Below are positions 1 through 12,769 of a stretch of DNA of 64,000 nt, piece by piece. Every line of letters begins with the position of its first letter. The stretch's first letter is position 1. The stretch spans positions 9,424,001 to 9,488,000 of the forward strand of contig OZ059900.1 in the NCBI GenBank assembly GCA_964057225.1, given 5' to 3'. The stretch is from Auanema rhodensis. Its lineage: Eukaryota; Animalia; Nematoda. The notes beneath the pieces were generated by a model, which had not been told where the DNA came from, did not search any database, and worked only from the letters and a program-made list of their open reading frames with translations. Made by a program: the position numbers and the translations under genes.

Positions 1-262
1 CCACTCACCCGGAATCCATATTTTCGTACCAATCATTTAACTTTTACAGTGCTCGAATTGGAATATATAGTTTCTATCGTGAGTATACTCTTTATTTCCG
101 GAAATATTTTTGAATATTCAGTTGGACAAGGACAGAGCTAAGTCGATGACTCACCACGTACAACTGCCTCTTCCAGCTGTTCTCAACACTGATTGTTCCG
201 TGGATGAATTAGAAGAAACAATCAGTGATTCTGAAGATTATGAAGTGGATGTAGTATCTTAA
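1..262 (+). CDS. 3' end (last two exons) of orphan family gene B', mirror copy of 8112-9233
   Basis: Exons ...PLTRNPYFRTNHLTFTVLELEYIVSI | LDKDRAKSMTHHVQLPLPAVLNTD...VDVVS*, GT-AG intron, TAA at 260-262, AATAAA downstream. Confidence 0.8.
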
Positions 263-457
263 ACAGTATTTGAACTTTTGTTCTTCACACTCACACCTTT
301 CTGTTTGTGATGTACTCTTTGTTGAATAAATGATTTGTTGATAATTCTTATAAGATTCTGATTGCAGTGTTAAAAAAGTGGAATAAAGTCTAAGAAATTG
401 TCAAGTTTTATTTAATTACTCATAAGGAGATTAATATAAAAATAAGAAAAACAAGGT

Positions 458-912
458 TACGGTAGCTATTATATATTTTATTTCTTGAACTTTGCTCTAT
501 TGTAAATTTCAAATATTTCTCATTAAATAAAGGTTCAACTAGGACTGTTTATTTCATTTTACGGTGATAATCTATGTTATTTTAATTTTTATTGTTTTAT
601 ATATGTTTTTAAACAGTGCTTAACTTTAACTTTAAATAACATTGATGTAGTTTTTAGGTGAAGGTTAATAAACCACAGTTATTTATCAAAAACTGTATGT
701 TAGAAGAAATAAGCAATTCACATCTATAATATCATCCCTATAATAAATTAAAAATGCTTTATTTGCTTATGATGACAAGTAAAATATTTAAGAATAAAAA
801 TTCTCAGCGGTTTAATTTCCACCAATAACGAAGGTAATTAAGCTATAATTAATTACTTAAACTATGCTCTATTGTTAAATTGAAATATTTCTCGTCACGA
901 TTAATGTAAACA
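458..912 (+). promoter_or_regulatory. Two copies of bipartite motif TACGGTA-N28-TGCTCTATTG...AAATATTTCTC upstream of gene A (mirrored at 7462-7916)
   Basis: TACGGTA 458-464 + TGCTCTATTG 493-502; degenerate GAAGGTA 830-836 + TGCTCTATTG 865-874; the same motif with the same 28-nt spacing lies upstream of paralog B. Confidence 0.6.
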
Positions 913-1021
913 TCATGCATCATTTATTTGAATGATTGCACTTTTTTTGCACTTCGTTTCGAATATTAAAATTATTTTAATATTTGATTTTATCATCCTT
1001 AACTTAAGTAGAACTTTGAAG

Positions 1022-2146
1022 ATGGAAGAGAAAAATTATAATTTGCATCCACGTGTTAGATTTCTTGGAAAAGAACTCAAACGCATGAGGGATGATCTTG
1101 ATTGCCGTAACTTCGAATTGAACTGGATTAATGACAAGAATGAGCACTTTGATGCTAACTTATTCTGGGCAAAGCAGGAGTTTCTGTTTTACGCCAAAGA
1201 ATATAATCACGAAGACTTTTGCGAACATACTGAGAGAATCGAACCACCAAGCTCTTCAAATGGTTATGACGATAAATTGGTTAAACTGGATGCTCTGTGT
1301 GGAGACATTCTTGACTCACTGGATTCTCTTTATGATTCCTTGAGCGCGAGAATACTTGATATAGAAAGACTTGGCCCAGTTTTGAAATATGTTGCTAACG
1401 AACAGAAGGATAAGATTCTCACTTGCAATCATCTCAATGATTTGATCTTTAGTCGCTGTAACGAGAAAGTGAGAACTTTTTCTTGTTCATTATCCTGTTG
1501 TAATGGTTTTCAGAAGTATCTTGAGGATTCAACGAGCAAAGTCACTAGAAGCCAAGTTATAGATCTGATTCAACATGTGGTGAACATTAGTTGTTATCGC
1601 TCTGGAATTATACTTCAGTTGCAGATTGCTTTCGGAAGTACGGTGTTTCCAGATACTCCTATGAGCGCACTTAAATTGGGGGTAAAATGGCGTGAACAAT
1701 GCTTTGAAAAAAATGCTTTCAGATTTGTTTACGGGATAGAAATGTACTTCCAATGAAAAATGTCAGTGCAGATGCATTCTATTATGTTAGAAACTTTGTG
1801 AGCTACTCCATTATTTTTATTTTTTTAATATTTGTTTTATCAGATCAACAAAAAGCTTACGTCTAATCCTGTTAAAATTCAAAAAATTGCTAATCCTTTT
1901 GCGTTTATAGGAAATTTATCTTATACAATTGATGAAATGAAACATATAGCCGACATCGTTAGTCTTTTTTAATTTTTTAAACATCAAAGACAGATCTTTC
2001 AGTTAGAAAAGGACAGACCGGCCCCGGTCTTCGAATTCCTTTCAAGTAGAGTTCAAAGACCTCTTCCAGCTGTTTTCAACCTTTTTGATAATTCTGAAGA
2101 AACTATAAATAATGCCGAACACGATCAAATGGACGTTGCAACATGA
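1022..2146 (+). CDS. Orphan family gene A, 6 exons, ~300 aa, unknown function
   Basis: ATG 1022; GT-AG introns 1469-1513, 1580-1624, 1682-1722 plus two more, all phase 0; spliced frame stays open to TGA 2144-2146; same intron positions as paralog B. Confidence 0.85.
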
Positions 2147-2951
2147 TTGTTTTATAAATGTTTGTATTGTTTCCATGTTTGATGGGAATATATTATTTTG
2201 TTTTTCCTTTTTTCGTTAAAAAATATACAAATTAGGAAAATTGTTTTTTTTTTGTTTGAATTTCGCTATTTGCTCAATTAATAACTCATAGATTATTCGT
2301 TAAATTGTTATTAATTAATCTAATTATTTTCGTCGTACTATTATATATTTAATATGTATATATATATATATGTATATACTTATCTGCCAGCAACATAGTT
2401 TCTCGAATTTTTGGTGAGCTGAATGAATGTTAAGTATATGAAATGAAGTTTTATTCTGAACACGATTTTCATTTTGAGAGTATGTATTAACTATATATAT
2501 ATATATAAAATAAGAAATTATATATTAAGAAAATAGACTATTGAGAAATTACTGAGTATCATATGTATTTACTTTATACTAGAACGTAAAATCCAAGTTT
2601 GGTAAATACAAATTTATTATTTTTTAATTTAAAAAGACTAAGTGGAACTGTACTATCGCGAGAAGGCGTGTTTAAATATTCTTTGTTGAACTTAAAAGTT
2701 GAAGAAAAACTACAACTCTTGTTAGAGAAATACAAGAAGACAAAGAAAAACAAATAAATAATCGATTAGAGAATCAATTGCTCTAAGAATATTTATAGTT
2801 TATCATATATGTAGTATGAATTATCTTATTATATATTTTATATTTTATAGTTAATTCATATAACATCTTAGTATAATGGTTGTATTTCAGTTATAGTAAG
2901 GTGCACTTGAAGGTTCAAATCCTACAGTGATATCAAAGAAAATATAAAATA

Positions 2952-2995
2952 TCTCTCTCTCTCTCTCTAATTTATAAATCTCTCTCTCTTTCTCT
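2952..2995. repeat. (CT)n microsatellite (mirrored as (AG)n at ~5379-5422)
   Basis: Two runs of TCTCTCTC directly visible. Confidence 0.85.
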
Positions 2996-3349
2996 AAAAT
3001 AGATAGATATCTCTATAATCAGACACTTGAGTTGAAGCTGCCATAATTGCAATCATAATTGAATTCTGAAATTCACTTACCCTCGACTCCATTGTTTCGA
3101 AAAAGTTTTTATTTCAAATACTCTTGTCGATCTTCTTATTTGCGATTAAAACATTAATATTATAAGCCAAATAGTCGAGTGGTCTGTATGGTTAACGTGA
3201 ACAAGCAACTGCAAAGGTACGATCCCTTTCTGCTGTTTTTATGAAAATCAATACCAAATCGAGAATCCAAAAAACGCTCCGATGGATTTCGACCTTTAAA
3301 AAGCCATTTTTTTGACATTCCAAAGCTTATAACTCTCTTCAAAATCAAT

Positions 3350-5024
3350 TTTCTCGAAAATTTATTATATATTCTCGTAGCTCAGCAATGGGCCCTCCTT
3401 TTCACAAAAATTCAAAGCTGTATCTCACCTCACTCAGTAGTTATTCTTCTTCAAAACGAACACAAATATTCAAAAACTTGACTTTAAAGGCCATTATCTC
3501 CTTTCTCCTTCAAGTTATCAAAAATTTCTAAACGGATTCTAAACCTACTCAACAATATCTATCAGATGAACTACTTATATGGAAGTTTGAAGCACTTTGA
3601 ATTTTTGAAAAATCAAGAATTTAGCCATTTTTCAGTTTGAGAAATAAAAAATTTGCATTTTCTTTGTTTTGAGTGATGCATCTGAAGCGCATTGAAACGC
3701 TGATTCTAAATATGAGAATCTCAGCTACCAATTTTCACTCTGAAAAGAGTTACGGGGCTTTAAACGTTCTGACGTCAAACATTCAGAAGGCTATATCTCC
3801 TTTCAGACAGCGTTTCAGAGACTCGTAAGTATCAGAATCGTTTTTTACGCCATTGTTTCATCTTATGTAATCATTTTCAAAGCGTTTCCTCAATATTTTC
3901 AAATTTCGATCAAATTGTCTGATTCCATGTACTCCCCCCTTACCTACTTTTCGACCAAAATTGGCCATCACTCAAAAAATATTTTCAGTTCAAATAGATA
4001 ATTATATGATATAATTAGGGTGACCCTAAAGTTTAAGAGATAGAATAACATGAATATTCATCTTCAAACTCTTGAATTCCGTAGTTGCATCATGGTAACT
4101 TGGATTCTATAGGAATTACATGGCGTGGTTGGTTCCACATGAATCAAACACATTCTCAAACTTTTTCTGAAGAGTTCTTAGTGTTAATCATAGTTCCTCA
4201 TGAAGTATTTACTTCTCTCATGTACTGTTTGACGAAAGTCTCGGAAATCCTGGTTAAAACCTAGTAGAATCCAAGTTACCATTATGCAACTACGGAACTC
4301 AAGAGTTTGAAGATGAATATTCATGTTATTCTATCTCTTAAACATCATTTTGATTCTAATTATATCATATAATTATCTATTTGAACTGAAAATATTTTTT
4401 GAGTGATGGCCAATTTTGGTCGAAAAGTAGGTAAGGGGGGAGTACATGGAATCAGACAATTTGATCGAAATTTGAAAATATTGAGGAAACGCTTTGAAAA
4501 TGATTACATAAGATGAAACAATGGCGTAAAAAACGATTCTGATACTTACGAGTCTCTGAAACGCTGTCTGAAAGGAGATATAGCCTTCTGAATGTTTGAC
4601 GTCAGAACGTTTAAAGCCCCGTAACTCTTTTCAGAGTGAAAATTGGTAGCTGAGATTCTCATATTTAGAATCAGCGTTTCAATGCGCTTCAGATGCATCA
4701 CTCAAAACAAAGAAAATGCAAATTTTTTATTTCTCAAACTGAAAAATGGCTAAATTCTTGATTTTTCAAAAATTCAAAGTGCTTCAAACTTCCATATAAG
4801 TAGTTCATCTGATAGATATTGTTGAGTAGGTTTAGAATCCGTTTAGAAATTTTTGATAACTTGAAGGAGAAAGGAGATAATGGCCTTTAAAGTCAAGTTT
4901 TTGAATATTTGTGTTCGTTTTGAAGAAGAATAACTACTGAGTGAGGTGAGATACAGCTTTGAATTTTTGTGAAAAGGAGGGCCCATTGCTGAGCTACGAG
5001 AATATATAATAAATTTTCGAGAAA
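3350..5024. mobile_element. Possible foldback / non-autonomous DNA transposon-like core at the palindrome centre (boundaries uncertain)
   Basis: Non-coding, with recurring GCTGTATCTC / CCATTATCTC / GGCTATATCTC / GGCCATCACTC-type motifs reminiscent of long TIRs of nematode non-autonomous elements; no TSD or transposase seen. Confidence 0.35.
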
Positions 5025-6227
5025 ATTGATTTTGAAGAGAGTTATAAGCTTTGGAATGTCAAAAAAATGGCTTTTTAAAGGTCGAAATCCATCGGAGCGT
5101 TTTTTGGATTCTCGATTTGGTATTGATTTTCATAAAAACAGCAGAAAGGGATCGTACCTTTGCAGTTGCTTGTTCACGTTAACCATACAGACCACTCGAC
5201 TATTTGGCTTATAATATTAATGTTTTAATCGCAAATAAGAAGATCGACAAGAGTATTTGAAATAAAAACTTTTTCGAAACAATGGAGTCGAGGGTAAGTG
5301 AATTTCAGAATTCAATTATGATTGCAATTATGGCAGCTTCAACTCAAGTGTCTGATTATAGAGATATCTATCTATTTTAGAGAAAGAGAGAGAGATTTAT
5401 AAATTAGAGAGAGAGAGAGAGATATTTTATATTTTCTTTGATATCACTGTAGGATTTGAACCTTCAAGTGCACCTTACTATAACTGAAATACAACCATTA
5501 TACTAAGATGTTATATGAATTAACTATAAAATATAAAATATATAATAAGATAATTCATACTACATATATGATAAACTATAAATATTCTTAGAGCAATTGA
5601 TTCTCTAATCGATTATTTATTTGTTTTTCTTTGTCTTCTTGTATTTCTCTAACAAGAGTTGTAGTTTTTCTTCAACTTTTAAGTTCAACAAAGAATATTT
5701 AAACACGCCTTCTCGCGATAGTACAGTTCCTCTTAGTCTTTTTAAATTAAAAAATAATAAATTTGTATTTACCAAACTTGGATTTTACGTTCTAGTATAA
5801 AGTAAATACATATGATACTCAGTAATTTCTCAATAGTCTATTTTCTTAATATATAATTTCTTATTTTATATATATATATATAGTTAATACATACTCTCAA
5901 AATGAAAATCGTGTTCAGAATAAAACTTCATTTCATATACTTAACATTCATTCAGCTCACCAAAAATTCGAGAAACTATGTTGCTGGCAGATAAGTATAT
6001 ACATATATATATATATACATATTAAATATATAATAGTACGACGAAAATAATTAGATTAATTAATAACAATTTAACGAATAATCTATGAGTTATTAATTGA
6101 GCAAATAGCGAAATTCAAACAAAAAAAAAACAATTTTCCTAATTTGTATATTTTTTAACGAAAAAAGGAAAAACAAAATAATATATTCCCATCAAACATG
6201 GAAACAATACAAACATTTATAAAACAA

Positions 6228-7352
6228 TCATGTTGCAACGTCCATTTGATCGTGTTCGGCATTATTTATAGTTTCTTCAGAATTATCAAAAAGGTTGAAA
6301 ACAGCTGGAAGAGGTCTTTGAACTCTACTTGAAAGGAATTCGAAGACCGGGGCCGGTCTGTCCTTTTCTAACTGAAAGATCTGTCTTTGATGTTTAAAAA
6401 ATTAAAAAAGACTAACGATGTCGGCTATATGTTTCATTTCATCAATTGTATAAGATAAATTTCCTATAAACGCAAAAGGATTAGCAATTTTTTGAATTTT
6501 AACAGGATTAGACGTAAGCTTTTTGTTGATCTGATAAAACAAATATTAAAAAAATAAAAATAATGGAGTAGCTCACAAAGTTTCTAACATAATAGAATGC
6601 ATCTGCACTGACATTTTTCATTGGAAGTACATTTCTATCCCGTAAACAAATCTGAAAGCATTTTTTTCAAAGCATTGTTCACGCCATTTTACCCCCAATT
6701 TAAGTGCGCTCATAGGAGTATCTGGAAACACCGTACTTCCGAAAGCAATCTGCAACTGAAGTATAATTCCAGAGCGATAACAACTAATGTTCACCACATG
6801 TTGAATCAGATCTATAACTTGGCTTCTAGTGACTTTGCTCGTTGAATCCTCAAGATACTTCTGAAAACCATTACAACAGGATAATGAACAAGAAAAAGTT
6901 CTCACTTTCTCGTTACAGCGACTAAAGATCAAATCATTGAGATGATTGCAAGTGAGAATCTTATCCTTCTGTTCGTTAGCAACATATTTCAAAACTGGGC
7001 CAAGTCTTTCTATATCAAGTATTCTCGCGCTCAAGGAATCATAAAGAGAATCCAGTGAGTCAAGAATGTCTCCACACAGAGCATCCAGTTTAACCAATTT
7101 ATCGTCATAACCATTTGAAGAGCTTGGTGGTTCGATTCTCTCAGTATGTTCGCAAAAGTCTTCGTGATTATATTCTTTGGCGTAAAACAGAAACTCCTGC
7201 TTTGCCCAGAATAAGTTAGCATCAAAGTGCTCATTCTTGTCATTAATCCAGTTCAATTCGAAGTTACGGCAATCAAGATCATCCCTCATGCGTTTGAGTT
7301 CTTTTCCAAGAAATCTAACACGTGGATGCAAATTATAATTTTTCTCTTCCAT
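6228..7352 (-). CDS. Orphan family gene A', mirror copy of 1022-2146
   Basis: Reverse complement of gene A within the palindrome; identical ORF-track protein. Confidence 0.85.
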
Positions 7353-8111
7353 CTTCAAAGTTCTACTTAAGTTAAGGATGATAAAATCAAATATTAAAAT
7401 AATTTTAATATTCGAAACGAAGTGCAAAAAAAGTGCAATCATTCAAATAAATGATGCATGATGTTTACATTAATCGTGACGAGAAATATTTCAATTTAAC
7501 AATAGAGCATAGTTTAAGTAATTAATTATAGCTTAATTACCTTCGTTATTGGTGGAAATTAAACCGCTGAGAATTTTTATTCTTAAATATTTTACTTGTC
7601 ATCATAAGCAAATAAAGCATTTTTAATTTATTATAGGGATGATATTATAGATGTGAATTGCTTATTTCTTCTAACATACAGTTTTTGATAAATAACTGTG
7701 GTTTATTAACCTTCACCTAAAAACTACATCAATGTTATTTAAAGTTAAAGTTAAGCACTGTTTAAAAACATATATAAAACAATAAAAATTAAAATAACAT
7801 AGATTATCACCGTAAAATGAAATAAACAGTCCTAGTTGAACCTTTATTTAATGAGAAATATTTGAAATTTACAATAGAGCAAAGTTCAAGAAATAAAATA
7901 TATAATAGCTACCGTAACCTTGTTTTTCTTATTTTTATATTAATCTCCTTATGAGTAATTAAATAAAACTTGACAATTTCTTAGACTTTATTCCACTTTT
8001 TTAACACTGCAATCAGAATCTTATAAGAATTATCAACAAATCATTTATTCAACAAAGAGTACATCACAAACAGAAAGGTGTGAGTGTGAAGAACAAAAGT
8101 TCAAATACTGT

Positions 8112-9233
8112 TTAAGATACTACATCCACTTCATAATCTTCAGAATCACTGATTGTTTCTTCTAATTCATCCACGGAACAATCAGTGTTGAGAACAGCTG
8201 GAAGAGGCAGTTGTACGTGGTGAGCCATCGACTTAGCTCTGTCCTTGTCCAACTGAATATTCAAAAATATTTCCGGAAATAAAGAGTATACTCACGATAG
8301 AAACTATATATTCCAATTCGAGCACTGTAAAAGTTAAATGATTGGTACGAAAATATGGATTCCGGGTGAGTGGATCGAACTTAGTATGCCAAATAATCTT
8401 TTCGTTCATCTGATCAAGTAATTATATAGCTGGTTACAATTGGAAAATATCTTACAAAGGTCCGGACACTGGAAAAAGAAGCAGGACTAACGTTCTTTAT
8501 GAAAATCCTATTGGTAACATTCAAAAAAGCCTAAACATAACAATTATGCAACTTAGGTAAAGTTATATTAACTATAAATTCGGCATAGGTCATAGGTGCA
8601 CCAGGCAGAAAGGAACTTCCAAACGCAATCTAAGAAATAAACAATATTTTGGAAAATTGTAAGGCAAAGCTAACCACATGTTCAATTATATCCATAACTT
8701 GATTGTTCGTGATTCTGCTTGAAGGATCCTCAATATACCTCTGAAATAATAATTTTACTTAATATTTACTTGTGGAGCATACTCACTTTCTCATTACAAC
8801 GGCTAAATATCATATTATTCCGCTTGTTACAGGAGAGAATCTTCTTACTTTCATCAGAAACGACGCGTTTTAAAATTGGGCCAACTCTTTGCTCGTGAGC
8901 TGTTCTCGCGGTTAAGCAATTATATATTGCATCCATTGAGTCAAGAATATCTCCACACACGGCATCCATTTTAACCAATTCATCCTGATAGTCGTTTGAA
9001 GAGCAGGGTGGTTCGACTCTCTCAGTATCATCGCAAAGTGCAGTATGATTGATTTCGTCCATATAAAACGATACTTCTCGTTTTGCCCAAGATTCTTTAG
9101 ACACAAACTCGTCAGTAATGTTACGAACTTCGTCGGATTTACATGCAAGCGTATATTGGTCATCAGTCAAATTCTTCAGCGCAAGCTTGATGCTTTGAAC
9201 GCATTGATTCGAAAAATGGTCTCTCTCATCCAT
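8112..9233 (-). CDS. Orphan family gene B, diverged tandem paralog of A, 6 exons
   Basis: Shares core CxxTERxEPPxSSNxYxDxLVKxDAxCGDILDSxDxxY and IFSRCNEK with A; intron 1 at 8786-8741, all five introns at equivalent phase-0 positions; stop 8114-8112. Confidence 0.85.
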
Positions 9234-9360
9234 TTTCCAACTTTGATCTCAGGCAACCTAAAGAACAACAGTTGAAACTCAATAAAAACAAACAAAATTT
9301 TCTTTATTTAAATTTCAAAATTAAATTTAATCGATATTAATAATGATGTAAGATGTTAGC

Positions 9361-9442
9361 TGTTTACATAATCGTGACGAGAAATATTTAAATTTAACAA
9401 TAGAGCATAGTTTAAGTAATTTATTACATAATAATTACCGTA
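9361..9442 (-). promoter_or_regulatory. Conserved upstream block of gene B
   Basis: 9361-9421 matches 7462-7523 (upstream of A') with one substitution and one indel; CAATAGAGCA 9398-9407 and TACCGTA 9436-9442 are 28 nt apart. Confidence 0.65.
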
Positions 9443-10289
9443 ATCCAGTTGTTAATATACTGATAGAAGTGGAAAAGTAGAGAATCTTCACTGTTAAATA
9501 TACATTACTTGTCAGACTAGTAAGTGAAACACTTTCGAGTAGATAGAGCAATTCTAATTGATGATTACTGAGTTCATTTTGCTCATTTCAAGAGTTTTCT
9601 GAATAAACATTGTTAATAAACCGAATATATATTTCTGTTGTCTCAACTACCTAACTAGTTTTTAATGAATAAAATAAGTTACTAGTTACTAGAGTTACTA
9701 CATTTCTGGATACACCGATAAATATATTTTAAACAATTTGTGTATGATATTGCTCATAATTACTTTGTCAAACTTTCTGGCAGGTAATCTGGTATATGCT
9801 ACCAGCTGTGTTTTCAAAAAAAAATTTAATTTCAACGATTTACTTCAATATTTTGATTTGTGAAATGTTATGTTATGTTTTTTCTCCACGTGAAATTATA
9901 ATGATGTAGAACAATAAAGTTAGAATGTCAATGTATATGCTGACATTTGCCTCAATATAGAAATATATATTAGTTATTCAATAATGATGTCTCAATTTAC
10001 TAAGAAATTCATATAATTTGGCTTATAATAATATATAAAACGTTTCTTGCCGATTTGATAGATTTACCAATTAGTTGAAGATGTTGTTAATTGGCCCAAC
10101 CAACAGCTCGTCTTTCTTCAAATATAAGCTATTAATTGGAGCATTGCGATCATCTGCTCTTCATTGCTTCATACTCTACCTTCTACACTGGTTGTGTTCC
10201 TCCTTACTCTCTGAAGAAGCAAATAAAATCTTTTTCACTTTATTATTTTAAAACTTAGTTTTTCTTTTTTTTTATTGATGCTTATAGTT

Positions 10290-12709
10290 ATGCGAACTAC
10301 AAGTGATGACGAAAGTGGACCAAGTTCTGATCATTCAACACTTTCTGATTCCGTTTTTTTAAGTTCTGATGAAAATTTATCTTTAATTCAGTTCGAAACA
10401 AGCAATTTGTTTGATGCTATTTTAGTTCGAGCATCGTGGCGAAACGTAATTAATATTAAAGAACAGATGATGATGAATTACATTGTGAGCATCTTCTTCA
10501 ATCTTATATTTATTTTTTCCTCTTGTTTTAGAACTGTGAGAATAAAAATGCCGGACATTTCTCCACTATTCTTCTGAACCGAAATCGTGATCGAAAGATA
10601 CAAGTATGATTTTCTCATTCTTTTCAGAAATGCTTTTGCTTATTTTTGTATTTAGAATAAGCCTCACTTAACGTTCACCATCGAAATGAAAGATATCAAA
10701 GAAATCAAGGGTAATTTTGAAAAAAAAATTATTTTAGTCTAAAATTTGTTTTTAAATTGTTAGAATATACTGGCTATCAAAATATACGTATATATCGTCA
10801 ACTCAAAGATTGTTCACAAATCTATTTGACATACGCTCATGAAGAGCTCCTTTTTGAGCGTCAAATGGGATTTATTCATTTGGAATTTGAAATCATTAAA
10901 CTCCTACTAAAAGTTTGTTTCGAATGTAAATATAAATGTTTCATTTCATTATTTTAAGAAAGGAGAAAAATATAATTATTCGAGAAATCATACTGTTCTC
11001 AAAGCCCAAAAACATTTTACTCATATTTGGCAATACAACTGGTTGCTATCAACTTTAGACAGTTTGGTGGCGTTTTTCAATCTTTACCAATGTTTCACAT
11101 TTCATATTTCTACACAACAGGTACATATTTAAGAAAATTTGATAAAAAAAGTCTTTCGTTAGAAAATTGACAATATTCGTAATGTGTCATCTCATCTTCT
11201 CAATTCCTTCACGGAATCTTTCGGAACATACAATGTGTGCAGTCTTGTACAAGCAAATGAAAATGACACTAGGTATGCTTAATTCATTCATTTAATTAAC
11301 AAAAGAGATTATTTAGAATGCGTTTTCATCCTATGAACTGGAATACAGCAAGACAAGCAAAAGCTCAGACTATCATGACAGGGGTTAGATGCAACTTTTA
11401 CAACTATTCTCTATGTATTACTTGTAGATTGCTATCTCTAACCACATTCGTGAAAAGTATGGAATTCAATCAAATTGGTTTACTGAACGATTTTCTCAAC
11501 TTCCTGCTCCTTCTAATAAAATTCCAGAAGTTCCACAGTTTGTGATTGATTTTCTTGCTGAGAAATACAATGCAGCCAAGGATAAGGTTGACAAACTTAA
11601 ACAAATGAACTTGATCAAAACAAACATTCTAGGCTATATTGCATTTTATCTTGGAGCTATCAGCACAAAAAATTGGAAAAAATGAAATTGTACATGAATA
11701 CAATAATATAATTTCATCAGCTCGAGAAAAGAATAAGAAAAAGAAATGGGACTACAGTTCGAATGAAGAGCTTGCTGTGAAATATGGTTACGTAGAAGCT
11801 GTTCAATTTTGTTCCAAATTTGTACCAAAAATATAATCTTCATTTCTCAAAAATTTTATTTTAAGAACACTAGCTTTGGAAAGAAAAACTTTCAAACTTC
11901 TGAATTGGTTAAGCTTTCACCCTTCACTGCGCGCATTGCATTGTCAATTCTTTTTCGGACTCGTGTACAAGAAATACAATCTACTGTAAAAAAATGTTTA
12001 GTACAGTGCTTGATCAATGTAAAATGATATAGCTTTCAAATTAATATTCTCATCTATATCCATGTTTCAGGCTGAACAATTCTTTAAGGGAATCTTATAT
12101 GTCGGCGAAATAAAGCAGAAAAATCTGCCAGCTATCGATTTTCACATGTCTCCAGATAGTACGTGTGATTTACGTATAATTACATTTAATAATACTTGCT
12201 TATAGACTATGGTCCAGTAATTGGCTTAGTTAAGAGATCAGTTTGTGAGCCAGAATGCTTAACGGATTATAGCGATGCTTTTATAAAACTCTTTGAGCGT
12301 AACTACCGATACTATCATGAGCAAGGGACTGTACACTATAAGGATATCAATTATCGATATCAACTACCACAAACACTTCTCATGGCTATGCAATATGTGG
12401 AATTTCCTAAGAATGGAATAATTATGCCATACTCAAAATCAAGACATATACGCAAAAATTGGATGATACTTCCGATATATGGTGATCATCAAGTTTTTCA
12501 AGAAATTGCCTATCGCTACGAACGATATTTCATTGATTATGACACCGTAAGTTTTTAAAATATTGGAAAAAAAACGAAAAATAATTATTTTTCAGGATTA
12601 TAAAAATGATCTCTTCACGTACGATATGCCACTTTTTGAAATAATCATGAATTCTTATTTGGAAGAGGATGATCACATCGTACCATCTACAGCTTGTTTC
12701 ATGATCTAG
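10290..12709 (+). CDS. Multi-exon protein-coding gene of unknown function (start and some internal junctions uncertain)
   Basis: Chain of ORF segments joined by ~45-nt GT-AG introns (MRTTSDDESG..., EYTGYQNIRIY..., DYGPVIGLVKRSVCEPEC..., ...STACFMI*), TAG 12707-12709. Confidence 0.7.
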
Positions 12710-12769
12710 TTGTTGAATGAGGCACACCTAATACAACTATCACACGTCAGTATTTATAATAATATAAAA

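Larger units (their letters stand above)
1..8373. repeat. Giant near-perfect inverted repeat (palindrome): arms 1-4109 and 4265-8373, spacer ~4110-4264; probably continues beyond the window start
   Basis: Base i pairs with 8374-i throughout (e.g. ORFs 932..1756+ / 6618..7442-; window start CCACTCACCCGGAATCC mirrored at 8357-8373). Only two substitutions noticed outside the centre (149/8225, 2643/5731). Confidence 0.97.

Noticed and set aside
3160-5214. 62-aa ORF pair 3160-3348 / 5026-5214
   Set aside because: TTG start, no splice context or recognisable homology; duplicated only because of the palindrome.
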